Origin: Octopus vulgaris
Taxonomy: Eukaryota
NCBI GenBank assembly: GCA_951406725.2
Contig: OX597823.1
Location: forward strand, 434,001-498,000
Reading direction: 5' to 3'
DNA: 64,000 nucleotides
Shown: one piece after another, positions 26,030-40,308 of the stretch
Layout of the letters: every line of letters begins with the position of its first letter
Numbering within the stretch: the stretch's first letter is position 1
Position numbers and translations under genes: made by a program
Notes under the pieces: generated by a model
Databases searched by the model: none
The model's input: only the letters and a program-made list of their open reading frames with translations
Told to the model about the DNA's origin: nothing

Positions 26030-28005
26030 GTTTCAATTTAAAGGATATGAAGACAGGGAAAGCTCCCGGCCCATCATGAATCACCGCTGAGATGCTTAAA
26101 ATATTTAGTGATGTGGGTTAATGTTTGGTCACCCATATTGTAAATCAGGTGGTTCACAACAGAGTCATACCTAGTGACTGGTGTAGCAGCACCATAGTCA
26201 ACTGCTACAAAAGTAAAGGTGATGCCTTAGAAATAATTACAGAGGTATTAAATTATTGGATCAGGTGATGAAAATTATGGAGAAGGTCCAACTAATTAGG
26301 GAGAAGTTAGTCTAGATGAGATGCAGTTTGGTTTTGTGCCAGGGAGCAGCATCACTGATGCTATATTTCTGGTGAGGCAGCTACAAGAGAAATACATAGC
26401 CAAAGATAAACCTCTGTGCTAGGCTTTTGTTGACTTGGAGAAAGCTTTTGACAGGGTCCCCCCATCCCTTATCTGGTGGTCAATGTGGAAACTAGGGATA
26501 GATGAGTGGTTTGTGAAAGCTGTACAAGCTATGTAGAGGGACACTATCAGTAAGGTGAGGATTGGCAATGAGTACAGCAAAGAATTCAGGGTACAAGTAG
26601 GGACTCAACAAGGATCAGTCCTCAACTCCCTCTTGTTCATCATAATCCTCCAGGCAATATCAGAGGAACTTAAGATGGGTTGCCCCTGGGAGCTCCGCTA
26701 TGCTGATGACCTTGTTCTTATAGCTGAATCACTACCTGAACTAGAGAAGTTTCATGTATGGAAGCAAGGTCTAGAATCGAAGGGCCTCAGAGATAAACTA
26801 GCAAAAACCTAAGTCTTAGTGACTAGAAAGGCAGACAAATCATAAATCCCTTCAGGTAGATGACCCTGCTCGATCTGTAGACAAGGAATAGGTAGAAACT
26901 CCATAAGATGTACCCAGTGTAAGCATTGAACACAAAAGGTGCAGCAATATCAGAGGAAGATTAACAGGGAAAACAGAGGCACTGGTAGAATAAACACTGG
27001 AAATGGGCAGAAAAGAGACTCTGTCAACTTCCAGCAGGGTAAGCTAGAGGTAGGAGATAGATTCCGTTATCTAGGTGACCAAGTAAGTAGTGGAGGTGGA
27101 TGCTCCAAGAGCATAGCTGTGAGAATAAGATTAAGCTGGGCAAAGTTCAGAGACCTCCTACCCCTGCTGGTAACAAGGAGCCTCTCTCTCGGAGTGAAAA
27201 GCAGATTACATGATTCCTGTGTGCAAACAGCTCCGCTACATGGCTGTGACAGTTGAGGACATGTATAGGCTTAAAAGAAATGAAGCCAGTATGCTTCACT
27301 GAATGTGCATGTTTGACAGAGAGTAAGCATAAGAGGCATTAGATGTGGTGTGCAAGAGAGACGACTGTACTGGTATGGTCATGTGATGCATATGGATGAG
27401 GACAGCTGTGTAAAGAAGAGCCAATCTCTAACTGTGTAGGGAACCTGTGGTAGAGGTTGACCCAGGAACACATGGGATGAAGTGGTGAAGCGTGATTTTC
27501 GAACTTTGGGCTTTACAGAGGCAATGACTAATGACCAAGACCTGTGGCAATATGTTGTGCTTGAGAAGACGCATGAAGTGAAATGAAACTGTAGTCATGG
27601 CCGATGCTGCTGTCATGTGACTGGCCCCTTTGCCAGTGACATGTAAAAACCATTGTTTGAGTGTTGGGCTTCATGGAGGCAAAGTGGCTGAGCTCCTTTC
27701 AAGTGTTGGGCCTCACAGAAGCCATGACCGAGACCATTAGTATTATGTCGTGCTTGAGAAGAAGACCAATGAAGCCAAGTGAAATCACAGTCATGGCAGG
27801 TACCAGTGTCACACAAATGGCATCCCTGCTGGTGGAACGTAAATGCACCCATTACACTCTCGGAGTAGTTAGCATTAGGAAGGGCATCCAGCTGTAGAAA
27901 CCATGCCAAATCAGACTGGAGTCTGGTACAGCCTTCCAGCGTGCCAGCCCTGGTCAAACCGTCCAACCCATGGTCAATGGACACTAAATGATAATGAAGA
28001 TGATG
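26030..28005 (+). mobile_element. RTE-clade LINE, degenerate RT through 3' tail
   Basis: ORF 26555 (QGSVLNSLLF...YADD), ORF 26939 (FRYLGD), upstream FVDLEKAFDRV relic, RTE 3'UTR and (GAT)n tail. Confidence 0.9.
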
Positions 28006-29413
28006 TGTTTATATACGTACATGTATATATAAGTGTATATGCATGTATATACACAAGTGTGTGCATATGTGTTGACATATAACATTGAATATTTTTAGGA
28101 CAAAATCATTATCTGCATTCCTTTTTGGAAGATGGTAGAGTTTGAGAGAGATTTGAGTGGGTGGTCTCATACAGGCAGCACATCATTGGTTTGTTAGTTT
28201 TCATAAAAATTGTTTTCAGTTCAATCAAACTCTTCACACATTGCAGTTTACGTGTATGATATGTTATTTGTTTCAATAATATTATTGTCATCGTACAGCC
28301 TGAGAGCTGTTCTTTCTTCTCAGGTTAGCAGGAATATTGATAGCAGCTACTAATCCCCTCAACAAAGAACTGAAATAGTTATCTTCTTGAAAGCTAAATA
28401 AGCGTCTCTTCAAGGGTTGCATAGAAGACCCATCTCTTCTTTAGAATATTTTAAGCCCAAACTTCTAAATTTTCCAGTATAGGGTTCTGTAAATGCAGCC
28501 TGTGTAAATGCAGCATGTTATATAACATGCTACACACATCATATAACAACGAGTGTAGTCGCCATATAATGGGTGTGTTTATGTAAGCAGCATAAACTGA
28601 ATAGGTTTAGGAGTCTCACTAACTTCGCACCTTTACAAGTTATGGAATGTATTTCCTGCAGCATAACCCCCCATTATTCAAGCTGACCTAAAAATTCTTG
28701 TCTTTTTAGGAGTGGAACAATAGCAAATATCTTGTCATATGAGTTGGGTGTTTGTTTGTTTGTTTTTGTTCTCTTTTTCCTTTGGCGGTGGTGGTGATGG
28801 CCGAAATCAAATAAGAAGCTGCATTCATCTATTGTTTCTGAAGTGAAAAGCTATGAAACCTGATGGAAGTGATGAAAAACTTAGACACTAATGAAATAAC
28901 ATCAAAATATAATGTTAATAGAAAGAGCAATACTAGACTGAAAAGATGAGGAGGAGTTTAAATAGTTGATGGAAAATATAAGAGTAGGGCAGAAAATTTA
29001 GAAGAAAAACCAACTAAATATAAGAAATCTTATGGAATAGAAAACATGGGTTGGAGGGAGCCTGATAAGTAAATGCAGCGATTGTACAACTTAGCAAGAA
29101 ACTTCCAATTGTGTATAAGATGAGAGACAGGAGAAGCTTCTAGACAGGCAATCTATCTATGATGTTATATCAGAGAAATTTGAATGCTTTGCTAGTGTTG
29201 AATATAACTAAGTTGACAATCATGAAAGACCACTGCTATGTGAAAGTAAGTCTAGTTGAGCTAAAACTACAGAAACCATCCCTGAGGTAAAACTGCAACC
29301 TAACTGCCTCCATCAACTCTGAAGTGTTAGAAGTGAGTGTCATAGTTTGGCAGCTGATAAGGTCAGAGAAGTTACTCTTCTTGGGTACTAAATATAATGT
29401 TTTCTTAAATTGG

Positions 29414-29450
<37 letters not shown>

Positions 29451-29605
29451 TGATCACACCTGCAAAGAGAAGTTGAATGCATTGAAGTAACTGAAGAATT
29501 TTCAGCTTCCAAAGAAATGAATCAAGTCAGAGGTCTTCAAAGCAAAACAATTGATAGAAGAAACAACTGCAGAGGTTGGAACATTTTAGCAAAAGGAACA
29601 GCAAA

Positions 29606-30765
29606 TATTGGGTTGTCCGGAAAGTTCGTGCCGATTTATAGCAGCTTACCTTTTGACTTATTTTAGAACATGGTTCAGACCATAAAATAGGATTTGACTA
29701 CAACTCTATTTAGAGCACAGTTTAAGCTATCTTTTCGTGGAAGAAGGGTTATGTTCCTATAATCCATGTTAATTCTGTAACCCTCTAAAATGGAAGATAA
29801 GAAAGTTCATTTTCGGCACGTGATGCTTTTCTTTTTCCGTAAAGGGAAAAATGTTGGAGATTGTAGCCTTATTGATAAAGAGCGATCAGGCAGACCATCC
29901 ACAACAGATGATGACCAAATCAAGTCATTAATTGAGAATAACCCACATTGCACAACCTGAGAATTGGTAGAAAGCCTCAACCTGTCAAAATCCGCCATTC
30001 ATGAGCACCTGGTAAAGCTTGGGTACACAAATCACTACGATGTTTAGGTACCACATGAGTTGAGTGAGAAGAACCTTTTGGATCGCATTTCCATCTGTGA
30101 TTCACTTTATAAATGGAATGAAAACACGCCTTTTTTAAAGCAAATTGTGACAGGTGATGAGAAATGGATTATCTACCGAAATGTTCAGAGAAGCAATCCT
30201 GGAGTAAGTGACATGAGTCACCCTTAGCCACTGCAAAAATCTTGCTTTTGTGTCTGGTGGGATTGGAAAGGAATTCTGTACTATGAGCTTCTCCCAGGTA
30301 ACCGGACAATTCTGAGAAATACTGCACACAACTGGACGAGTTAAAAGCAGCAATTCAAGAGAAACACCCAGAATTGGCCAACAGGAAGAGTGTTGTTTTC
30401 CAACATGATAATGCAAGACTGCATGTTTCTTTGGGAACCAGACAAAAATTGCTGCAGCTCGGCTGCACCCTCCATATTCAACAGATATTACTCCTTCGGA
30501 TTTCCACTTATTCAGGTCTCGGCAGAATAGTCTTAATGGTAAAAATTTCAATTCCTTGGATGTCGTAAAAAGATACCTTGATGAATTCTTTGCCATGAAA
30601 CCACCTCAATTCTGGGAAGAGGGTATTTTCAAGTTTAAGGAAAGATGGAGACGCATTGTGCAACAAAATGGTTCGTATTTGGTTGATTAAAAATGTAACG
30701 GTAAGTATTTATTGACCTTTTTCTTTCCTTTAAAAATTGGCACAAACCTTCCAGACACCCCAATA
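29606..30765 (+). mobile_element. Mariner (DD34D-type), near full length, pseudogenised
   Basis: TA-flanked TIRs ttgggttgtccggaaagttcgtgccgattt / aaattggcacaaaccttccagacaccccaa; MEDKKVHFRHVMLF start, VPHEL, IVTGDEKWI, HDNAR and YSTD motifs with stops and frameshifts. Confidence 0.92.
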
Positions 30766-31350
30766 CATTTGGAAGAATTGAAGGAGAAAATTTATACCAG
30801 ATTAACTGGAAGTTTGTGTGGTTGGTATCCAGGTGATAGATGCCAATAATAATGGGCATGGATTGTATTTAGGAAACACACACACACACAAAACTTTTCA
30901 GAACAAAGATATAATGAAGAATATAGTTTGGAAATCAGAAGTCAGTTAGAAATAGAAGAGAATTTTGTTTGAGAGAGAATGAAGTAGTTGACAGATGTTG
31001 GTTTAGAGGAAAGAGAATTCAGACTTTATTATATTGGCCTCACAACATCTAAGTTTGTCAAAGTGCTATTGGAGAGTAATATCAAAATGAGGTTGAAAAA
31101 AAAAAAATAATAAAATCCCAACTATAAAGAACAATGCCCAGACATATTGACGGTCAAAGAATTTAATGTACAATGAGCATTGTACCAACAACATGAAAGT
31201 CTTTGAGCTAAGAAACTTACTTATAACTTTGGTTCACTATATAGTTGAAGACAATCTAGAATTAATAGCTGATAAAATGATCAATGATAGGAAATAAAGG
31301 GTTCAAAGTCCACTGCTATATAGACATTATCAGGTCTTTCAGTTATCTTC

Positions 31351-31579
31351 TTAACCCTTTCAATACCAACCCAGCTGAAACTGCCTCTGGTTCTGTTGTA
31401 CAAATGTCTTGCTTTCATAAGGTTTGAATTAAAATCTTCCACCAAACCATAGTCACAATTTTTGCTCCTAACACTAGCTTAATGATAACTAAGTTATTTT
31501 ACCAAATTTTTTGTTATATTTAAAATAATTGAAAGAAACACAGAGCATCTCAAAATAAACACGGTAACAAAAGGATGAA
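31351..31579. mobile_element. piggyBac-like MITE (degenerate right end)
   Basis: Left end ttaa|ccctttcaatacc; right end ggtaacaaaaggatgaa. Confidence 0.55.
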
Positions 31580-32910
31580 CTCAGTTTACCTACCAGAAGA
31601 TGAAGAGGACTCGTTAGAGAAAGTTAACGATTTCAAGAGAAGATAATAATCTGTTCTAATTTCTTTCAATGATATAGAATGAAGGTAGAAATAGCTATGT
31701 GGTTGAGAAATTGGCTTCATAACTATGCAGCTTTGGGTCCAGTCCCAGTGTGAATTACAACAGATGTCTTCTGTTACTGCTGAGTCAAATAAATGGAAAT
31801 TGTATGGCAGTGAGTCATTCTATGTTCTTGGGTAGGTTTTATCATTTACTTCAAAATGACTTTGTATTTGGGCATCTTTAGCAAAGTACATTCTATTGCA
31901 AGCATTCAGCCTGGATGTCCTTCTCCACCCACCAGTCACAAGCCCTACCCTTGCTAAGGTGAGTGTCATAATATCCACAAAGCAGTGGCTGTCCACTTTC
32001 AGTGGCTCAGTGACTCCATTTCACCAAATCTCTAAACCTAATCTGTTTCAAAAGCAAAAATATTTTAATCAAAAGACAGAAGCTAATAGTGTAGAGTGGT
32101 TTATTATCCATATTTTCTTATATCTCATCAGTTTGTATCTCTTTTTATAGACTTGTGGTGACTAATTTCAAGAAAATTACAAAACAAAGGGAAAACTTCT
32201 ACAAGATAATTACACGGGACCACCTTGCAACAATCCCCAATCATATTTCTGTTCACTGATAACACAATGTCCCCGCCTCCTTTCAGGGTACCACACAGAT
32301 TCCTATTCTGACAAAGATTTCTTTTTTTACATTTAAAATAGAAGTAATGTTACCTTGCTTAAATATTTTATGTCACAGAAAAGCTATAACTGCTCTAAAC
32401 TTCTAACATATCTTCTCATAGCAACCTCAATATCTACTGGCCTCTTCTGAGTTCACAATGCCCCCAAAGAGGTGACACTGACCCAGTTAAAAATCATTGC
32501 CAACAAGTAAATTATTAGCAACCATGTTGCAAATCGAAATTATTTCCATTATTGTTAGAATCAAATTTTTGAGGAATATTGACCAGATTTCCAGTCATCA
32601 AATATGTCTGAGGAACTCCCAAATCAAAAGTTAGCTGAACCCCCATTCCCAGACACTGAGGCCAAACAAAACTAAGCTTTGAGAATATTGATTGATTTCA
32701 TTCCAATCATCTGATAAATCTGAATACCACAAGAATCCACTTCTCTTCTTCCACATGAAGAAAACCCTTTCACAATAAGCATTCAGCCATCATTTCTTAA
32801 GGCAAAGGTGTTTTTCACTCTAAATCTATTTTTTGTCAAATGTAAATAACAACAAACCAAATCACAGATCATTTAGTAAATGATATTAGCAATTACATGG
32901 GAAAATGTAA

Positions 32911-33624
32911 GAAAAGTTCGGGACAAGCTATTAGATTTGGCAAAGTACAGAACAAGAAAATTCTTAAAATATTGCAGCTAAGGATAAAATTTCAAATAAA
33001 ATATTTAGATTTAAAAAATATTAGCTTTTATTCAAACTAAAAATTTTATTACAAGTTATTACTTCTATTTGTTATTAGTTGTTACTTCTATTGAAAATGA
33101 AAAATAATGCAATTAAAATATATTTTGCACTTTAAAAAAAATTATTTTAAAAATTATTAATTAATAATTAGAAATTTGAAAATAGGTTATAAAAATTAAT
33201 AGTACATAATTAGTTAGTACAATAAAAAGAATAATACAGAATTTAGTTATATATTACAGTAAAATCTACCTATAACAACAAATTCACAATAAAATTTGCT
33301 TGAGTTATTGTTTAAGTTCTTGCCAAGTCTTCACATTTTTAGTCTTGACCCTATTCTTTACATAATGAATTTGCCTACCATATATACTATTCTACTTTGC
33401 ATAAAACTTTAGCTATATTGGTACTTCTGGCTCTCATTTTCTAAGTATTCTAGTGTGTCAATAGTTTAACAAAATGATGGTACCTTTTTTAATTATAATG
33501 TTACATTGTAAATTAAAATCAAATAATTTTTAATATTCAAATTTTATCCTTAGCTGCAATATTTTAAGCAAAAAATTTCTTGTTCTGTACTTTAGCAGAT
33601 GTAATAACTTTTCCTGAACTTTTC
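32911..33624. mobile_element. AT-rich MITE with ~110 bp imperfect TIRs
   Basis: aaagtacagaacaagaaa..cttaaaatattgcagctaaggataaaattt near 32942-32992 occurs inverted near 33539-33594. Confidence 0.7.
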
Positions 33625-33874
33625 CAAGTTTAATAATTTGTACATTTCCAGGTTTATAATCTTAAGAATATTATTTCTCTTGCTTGCATTTTTCCTTGTA
33701 ATCCACAGCTATGCTATTATGCTAATTAATATTGTGTAAAATGTGTCAATTAGTGGTGTCGATAATTCTTTCCTTACCCCAGTGATTCCTGTGACATATA
33801 TTAAAAGTCCCCTTCTAGAACTATATTCGTAAAAAAGTATAGAACTACATTATCACCCTCAGATTTAAGAAACA

Positions 33875-34090
33875 AACACTCTTTTACTTGTTTCAGTCAT
33901 TTGACTGTGGCCATGCTGGAGCACCACCTTTAGTCAAGCAAATTGACCCCAGGACTTATTCTTTGGAGGCCTAGTACTTATTCTATCGGTCTCTTTTTGC
34001 TGAACCGCTAAGTTACGGGGATGTAAACACACCACCATCGGTTGTCAAGCGATGTTGGGGGGGGGGACAAACACAGACACACAAACATAT

Positions 34091-34132
<42 letters not shown>

Positions 34133-34388
34133 CATTATTGGTGAATTGAAGAAATGGAGCTGAACGCAGATTGAACAGAAATCGTTTTATTTCATTCTAC
34201 ACGTGTTTCGAAAGGCACAATTCACCAATAATGTTCTAATTTCAATTATCCGCACCAACGCACGGTTGCAACACCATATGGTTGTACCTCCAACCGTGCT
34301 GTTTTACTGCTGTGATTTTTGCTACTAAGGTATCGGTTAAACTTTTGATTAATCTACTACAAGATTATTCATCTTTCTATTTCACATA

Positions 34389-34434
<46 letters not shown>

Positions 34435-34597
34435 GACAGGCTTCTTTCAGTTTCCATCTACCAAATCCACTCACAAGGCTTTGATCGGCCTGGGTCTATT
34501 ATAGAAGACACTTGCCCAAGGTGCCACGCAGTGGGAATGAACCCAGAACTATGTGGTTGGTAAGCAAGCTACTTACCACACAGCCACTCCTGCGCCT
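33875..34597 (-). mobile_element. SINE family A with an insertion (34131-34388) in its central (TA)n
   Basis: Reverse complement of the 50408-50775 family; the insert begins with an 18 bp inverted repeat aacattattggtgaattg / caattcaccaataatgtt. Confidence 0.85.
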
Positions 34598-35559
34598 CAT
34601 AACTCTTTTCTTTTAAAACTTCATTGTATAAGATTGATAACATGACATTCCTCAAATTGAGCTCTATCACTTAAGCTTAATTAAAATATAGTTTGTTTTT
34701 AAAATAAAAAAAGTTAATTATACTTAAATCCAATTTTTTGCCTTTTATTTTTTTCATGATATTTTACCTCACAACTTTTTTGATACAAACTTTTGTTGCA
34801 TGGGACCAGAACTATGAAATTCTACATGCTTTCTTCTATCATTGAAGCTAAGATAAACATATTTTGTTTTTAAAATAAAAAAGTTATTTAGATTTAAACT
34901 TGATTGGTGCTATTACTTACTCTCCTATAACGTTGCTACAAATTTTGATGAAAACTTTTTTCTACTAGACCAAATCTCAATTTGTTTTTTATGCAAAATG
35001 TAACCAGGGACTAGTCCTCCTCAAAAATGTTAAGAGTTTTCAATTTGGTTAAGAACTGAATTAGTAACAAGTTCTGAAAAATGCTGCATGTGAATAAATT
35101 GCAGCCTTAATATTATTCAGCTGCTACCATAGTTGAATGAAAGCCAAATGTACAAGAGACATGATTGTGTCACTCTTCAAATAACCTGTCTGCAGAAGGA
35201 GTTTAAAAATGTTACCTTTAGTTACCCTTAGTATAGCTTTAGTAAAAATGTTTTAAAAAGTAGTACAGAGATGAGGAGAGGAGGTTGGAGGAGAAGGTGG
35301 AGGGGTGCTAAGGAAGGAGGTGGTGGTGGTGGTCATCATCATCATCATCATCATCATCTTGGGCTAACTTCAAATGTCACTACCAACACTAGTCATTATC
35401 CATTATAGTTTAACTTGGTAATAATAGCAGCAGATTCTTTTCCCTCCGCCTTGTAGGTCAACCTACTTACACAATATATATTTATTTATGATTGGAGAGC
35501 TGAAGTCACACCAAATAAAGGGTTTGGTTCTTCTGCATGCATGAGCGCGCATGCTTGTT

Positions 35560-35599
<40 letters not shown>

Positions 35600-38290
35600 T
35601 GTGTGTGTGTATGCAAACATGAGAATGTGTGCTTAAGTAAATGAGTGTACAAGTGCAAGTTTGTATGAGAATGTATCTATACTCCAATGTATATGTTAAA
35701 TTGAACATGGCAGAAGGGCACAAGAGATGTTTTGAAAGCCATTTGGGTGGTAGAGTGAGGGTAGATTACAGGAGCCCCAACTACAGTCATTTGTCCTGGA
35801 AATGAATCCTTTTGCAATAATAATGCATTATGGTTGGATGCCCTTTATGCTGCAAATCCCCTTTTACAACATTCAGAGATACTGTGTACCAAGAGATACA
35901 AAGATTATACCTACAACAAACGTCATATCACTTTATATTGTCTGGCCTTTATACAGAGAGAAAACAAACCCATCACTGCCTAAGATACAGTTTAACTAAT
36001 CTTAATAACCAATAATTGTCATTAACTTAGCTCTCAGAAATATTTAAGGGAACCTTTGACAAATACAGAGGCATGCTTAACTAGCAAGAAACAGCAGCAA
36101 AACCATATTCAAACATACTACATAAAGAAGGATATACTGAACAGTGCAGTCTGTTATATACAAAATGGGGAGGGGGTGTCATGGCTAGAATGTCTTCGAT
36201 GATAGGTTCATGGCTGACCTAGGGCTGTACAACTTAAAATGACCTTGGATGAACCAGGACATCCCTATGAGATTGCTCAGCTTGCTAGAAAGAGCAACAG
36301 AAGCTTCCTCAACTCACTACTGTGCAAAGAAAAAAAAAACAAAGGACATATTAGATGATGTACTTTTAGAAACACTGTGTTTGAGTAAAAGAAGGAATGG
36401 TGAAGATCTTTGATCATAAGTTTGATATATCAGGACTGACCTGGGGTCCAAATAGTCAACTAGTGTATAATCTCCTTACAGTATCACTCATTCCATTTGT
36501 TACTCAAATAACCAGTTCCTTATCTGTCCATTAGAAACCCAATGCTATCTGTTATAAACTGGTTGTTTGCAGCCAGCAAGGGACCCTCTGTGCATCTGCT
36601 TTACTTGCTAGAAAAAGCAGTCAAATTATCTTCCAATCATGCAAAAAGACAAAATTCTTTGGACAATGTAATTCATAAAAAGATGAGCCTGCCACTGTTA
36701 GATAAAGGCTGACCTGGGTTAATATGTAAAAGATTATGGTGTAAGACAATCCTAATCACTCAAAAAACCCTTGATTCACTTTGGATGGTCATGAATACCA
36801 AATGTTCTGGAAGTAGAGGGAATATTTAGCTGCTATTTAACATCATAAAACCAAAACTAAGATACAGGCCTTCAAAACAACCCGGGATTCAGGAGGCATT
36901 TTACATCTTTGTGGAATGTGTCAGTCAATGGAGGGGAAAAATAGAGTTCTGTGGTCCTGAAGTGAGTGTTCTTTAAAGATATTTACAAAGAGTAAATAAT
37001 AAGTGAATTATCATTCTAATCTTTAAGAAACATTAATGTAGAGTAAAGAGCAGAATCAAAGGAAACTAGAGATGTGCTGGTTCAATAAATACTAATTCAA
37101 AGAGTGGAATAAGTTTTATATCATGTGGAAAAAGAGAAATAACATTTGTACAGAAAGCCTTCATTGTGAGGTGGGGAGGAGAGAAGAAATTATAACTCCT
37201 TTTGACAATTTTGACCCCCACCCAAATTTCAGGCCTTGTGCCCAGAGTACAAAAGAATATTCTCTGCACTTGTTTTCAGGTGATATTCCTGAGTTTGTTG
37301 AAGAATTGATCTTGCAGGACAATAGGATAGTGGCTAGACCAGTAAAGCCTAACCTAGCTCAGATGAGAAAGGAAGTTGATCAAACAATCGAGTCAAAGTG
37401 AGGAAATTTGTGAAAAACAAAAAAAAAAGTTACAAAATAGTCACTTATTATTGAGCCAGATCTTTCTGAAATGTATTGTTGACTGAATAAACAGTACACT
37501 ACTAGTCTAATAAAAGTAGAAGGCCAAGTGGGTAGGCAGTTGGCTTCTCAATCATAAGGTTAAGGGTTGGATTCCTGGTATGTGAAGATACTTAACTTCA
37601 CATTACTCCAAGCCACTCTTAGGCAAAAATGAGTATTAAAAGTAATAGAGCTCCCAGAGGGAGAGAGAGAGAGAGAGAAGGAAAAAACAGTTCCAAAGAG
37701 TTAGGATTCTGGAAATGAATGCAAAAGTATCTCATATAATGGAGTTTGGTGTTAAAACACACTAAAAGTGATAAGAAGAGAAAAGCTGAGTCAAATTTTT
37801 TGTATTTATGTGGGACCAGCATCAAGTTAACAAATCTAGATTTCAGAACATTATAATGAGTAAAAGAGAGGATATTACAAAATAGTCGAAAGGGATGGTT
37901 AAGAAAACAAAATATTTTCCATGGAATTTAACTCTGTAAAGAATTGATTTGTCAGAGAGATCAACAGTGTTGTGGATGGGGGGAGAGGAGAGTGGCAAAA
38001 TGTGAGGAGAAGAGTAAGAATTATAAGAACTGGCTTTTCATAATAGTAACAGCAGAACAGAAAGAGGAAGCTGGATATTGGGGAGAAGGTGTAAGAGGGC
38101 TTTGGAAGTAAAAGAAAGAAATTAGTGAGGTAATTATGAATACAAAATCAAGTAAAACAAGAATTGGGAATCTTATTTCAAGACAGAATATAAAGCTAAT
38201 ATCAATGATGATGATTATAAGAAAGACAAGGAAGAAGAATTGCTCATCTTTGATGTTGCTGTGGAAAGAAATACAGATTTATGGACTCAC

Positions 38291-38422
38291 ATCAATCTCG
38301 AAATATTCCTCTGTATCGTCCAGAAAGTGTACCAAACAGGTGATGGTTTTCAGCTGCCGATCATGGGCCATTTCGGATGCCCGCACATTGTAACTGCCGC
38401 TGGACACCAGCTTAATGGACAT
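38291..38422 (-). CDS. PTPN4: PTPN4/PTPN3-like (PTPMEG) FERM tyrosine phosphatase, first coding exon
   Basis: Minus strand: acceptor ttctag| at 38434-38435, 11 nt UTR, ATG at 38422, then MSIKLVSSGSYNVRASEMAHDRQLKTITCLVHFLDDTEEYFEID and donor GTGAGT (phase 0). YNVRASE..DRQ matches the PTPN4 N-terminus as I recall it (YNVRASELARDRQ). Confidence 0.93.
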
Positions 38423-39069
38423 TGCTTGCAACGCTAGAAGAGATACAAAAGTAGTTTTGTATTATCATTTACATACAAAAAACAAAAGAAGAAAATCATT
38501 GTCATTATCATTATTCTTATCAGGGAATTGGTTAAAAATGGCCATCAGGAAAAGCTAACCAGATCTCTTAAAAGCCTTATTGCTATTCTAATATCTCAAG
38601 TGTGAAGCATCATTGTTTCAAGTTCAAATTCTATCAAGGATAGTTTTTACCTTTCATCTCTTCAAGTTTCAGAAATTACCAGTAAATTATTAGAAATTAT
38701 GTATTTTAGTTCTGATCCTTTTATCAAGTAAAAGGGCTTATGACAGTGCTCTGCAGCTAGTGTGCCACCAGATGATGTTAGGTACTCCACCGTATAATCT
38801 GAATACAATTTTTCCCAATACCTTTAGTTAAATTTTTAGTTCAGGTGTACCACTGAATTTTGAAAAGAATATAAGTGTACCACAAATGAGAAAAGGTTGC
38901 AGAGCAGTGCCCTAACGCTTAGTTCCATGAATTTTAAAAAAGAATAAGATAGAGGTGAATTCCAATTGTTAAACAACCAAATTAAGGTTCAACAGTGCTG
39001 TGTTTATCCTTCTTGAATTCAAAATAAATGCAGCTAGACAAAAAAGTCAATTAAATATGAAATAAATTT

Positions 39070-39290
39070 TCATCATCATCAACATCATTGTCAGCATCAT
39101 TTAATGTTCGTTTTTCCATGCTAGCATGGGTGAGACGGTTTGATAAGATCCAGTAGTGAGTCACAGAGATGCATCAAACTCCAATATCAGCTTTAACATG
39201 GTTTCTATGGCTGTATGCCCTTCTTAATGCCAACCACTTTATAGTCCACTCTGGCTGCCATTTTGTTTTCATGCCACCAGCACTGGTGAG
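39070..39290 (-). mobile_element. RTE 3' tail fragment
   Basis: (CAT)n followed by ccatgctagcatggg...atgcccttcttaatgccaaccac. Confidence 0.7.
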
Positions 39291-39644
39291 GTTGCCATGT
39301 CATTTGAAAGATTTAAAAAAGAATATCCCCACCACCACCACCACCACCCAGTGGGAGTGTATTTGAATGGGGAAGGCACAGGGGTGGTTGGCTTTATGAC
39401 ATGTGTCAGGAGATTACAATATGATTGAAGGCAAACAAAATGGTGAAATACCAAGTCAAAAAGAAGTTCTAAATGGTGAGCATCATGGTAAATAGTTATA
39501 CAGAAATTATTAAGGTTATTCAATTATTTCACTGAATTGGTTTCACTCATTCATCTGAAATACTCAAGACTTATGAAATGACATACATATAACAAATTCT
39601 TATTTACCCTCCTCCTTTATGAACCGGCTGCGCTTCATATTTAA

Positions 39645-39859
39645 CCCATCAATGCATAGCATCCAGAAAAATGGATGCAGGAAAAATTCCTCTTACTTGG
39701 TTTGTGTATAGTTGGTTCGTTTGGATGCAGCACTTGCTCATTCATAGAGCACCAGTTTAGAGGCAGACTATACCAAAAATAAGCTTAATAGGTAGTTTAC
39801 TTAACGAGCAATAGTAATTCTACCTGCGTCCATTTTTCTGGACGCTTTGCATTAATGGG
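39645..39859. mobile_element. piggyBac-type MITE (215 bp)
   Basis: TTAA TSD on both sides; CCC...GGG termini; ~37 bp imperfect TIRs (cccatcaatgcatagcatccagaaaaatggatgcagg / cctgcgtccatttttctggacgctttgcattaatggg). Confidence 0.85.
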
Positions 39860-40195
39860 TTAATCACTATTTCTTGCCATTTCATTTAAACATCAATAGA
39901 AAGATATGTGACCTAATTTACTTTTGATGAGAATAAATGAGAAAAAAAAATGTTATTTAGGAAATGATGCTATGCAATCTATTTAGCTAGAATAAAATGT
40001 GTGTGCACACACACACATATATACAAATACACATGTACGCACACGCACACACTACTGCAGGAACAACAATGGCAACATTGCAGTCATTGACAAGCTTCCT
40101 CCTCCTCCTCCTTCACAAGTGATAAAGTACATTGACAACAGGGACACTTTTAACAGTCAGCCTTTACCTTGGGCCAGAGGTAATAGAACTTAAAC

Positions 40196-40212
40196 AGCTG
40201 CTGCTGCTGCTT

Positions 40213-40284
<72 letters not shown>

Positions 40285-40308
40285 GTAATAATAATAATAA
40301 TAATAATA
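40196..40308. repeat. Compound (CTG)n(CTA)n(ATA)n microsatellite
   Basis: Seen directly; source of the spurious poly-L/poly-I ORF. Confidence 0.95.

Noticed and set aside
35435-35555. Strong + strand acceptor (ttcttttccctccgccttgtag), a minus-strand GTAAGT and a gcgcgcatgc motif as a possible exon or promoter
   Set aside because: No coherent exon or coding signal; cannot be supported without transcript data.
38744-38909. Possible hAT MITE (cagtgctctgca / tgcagagcagtg)
   Set aside because: Short imperfect TIRs and no matching TSD; left unannotated.
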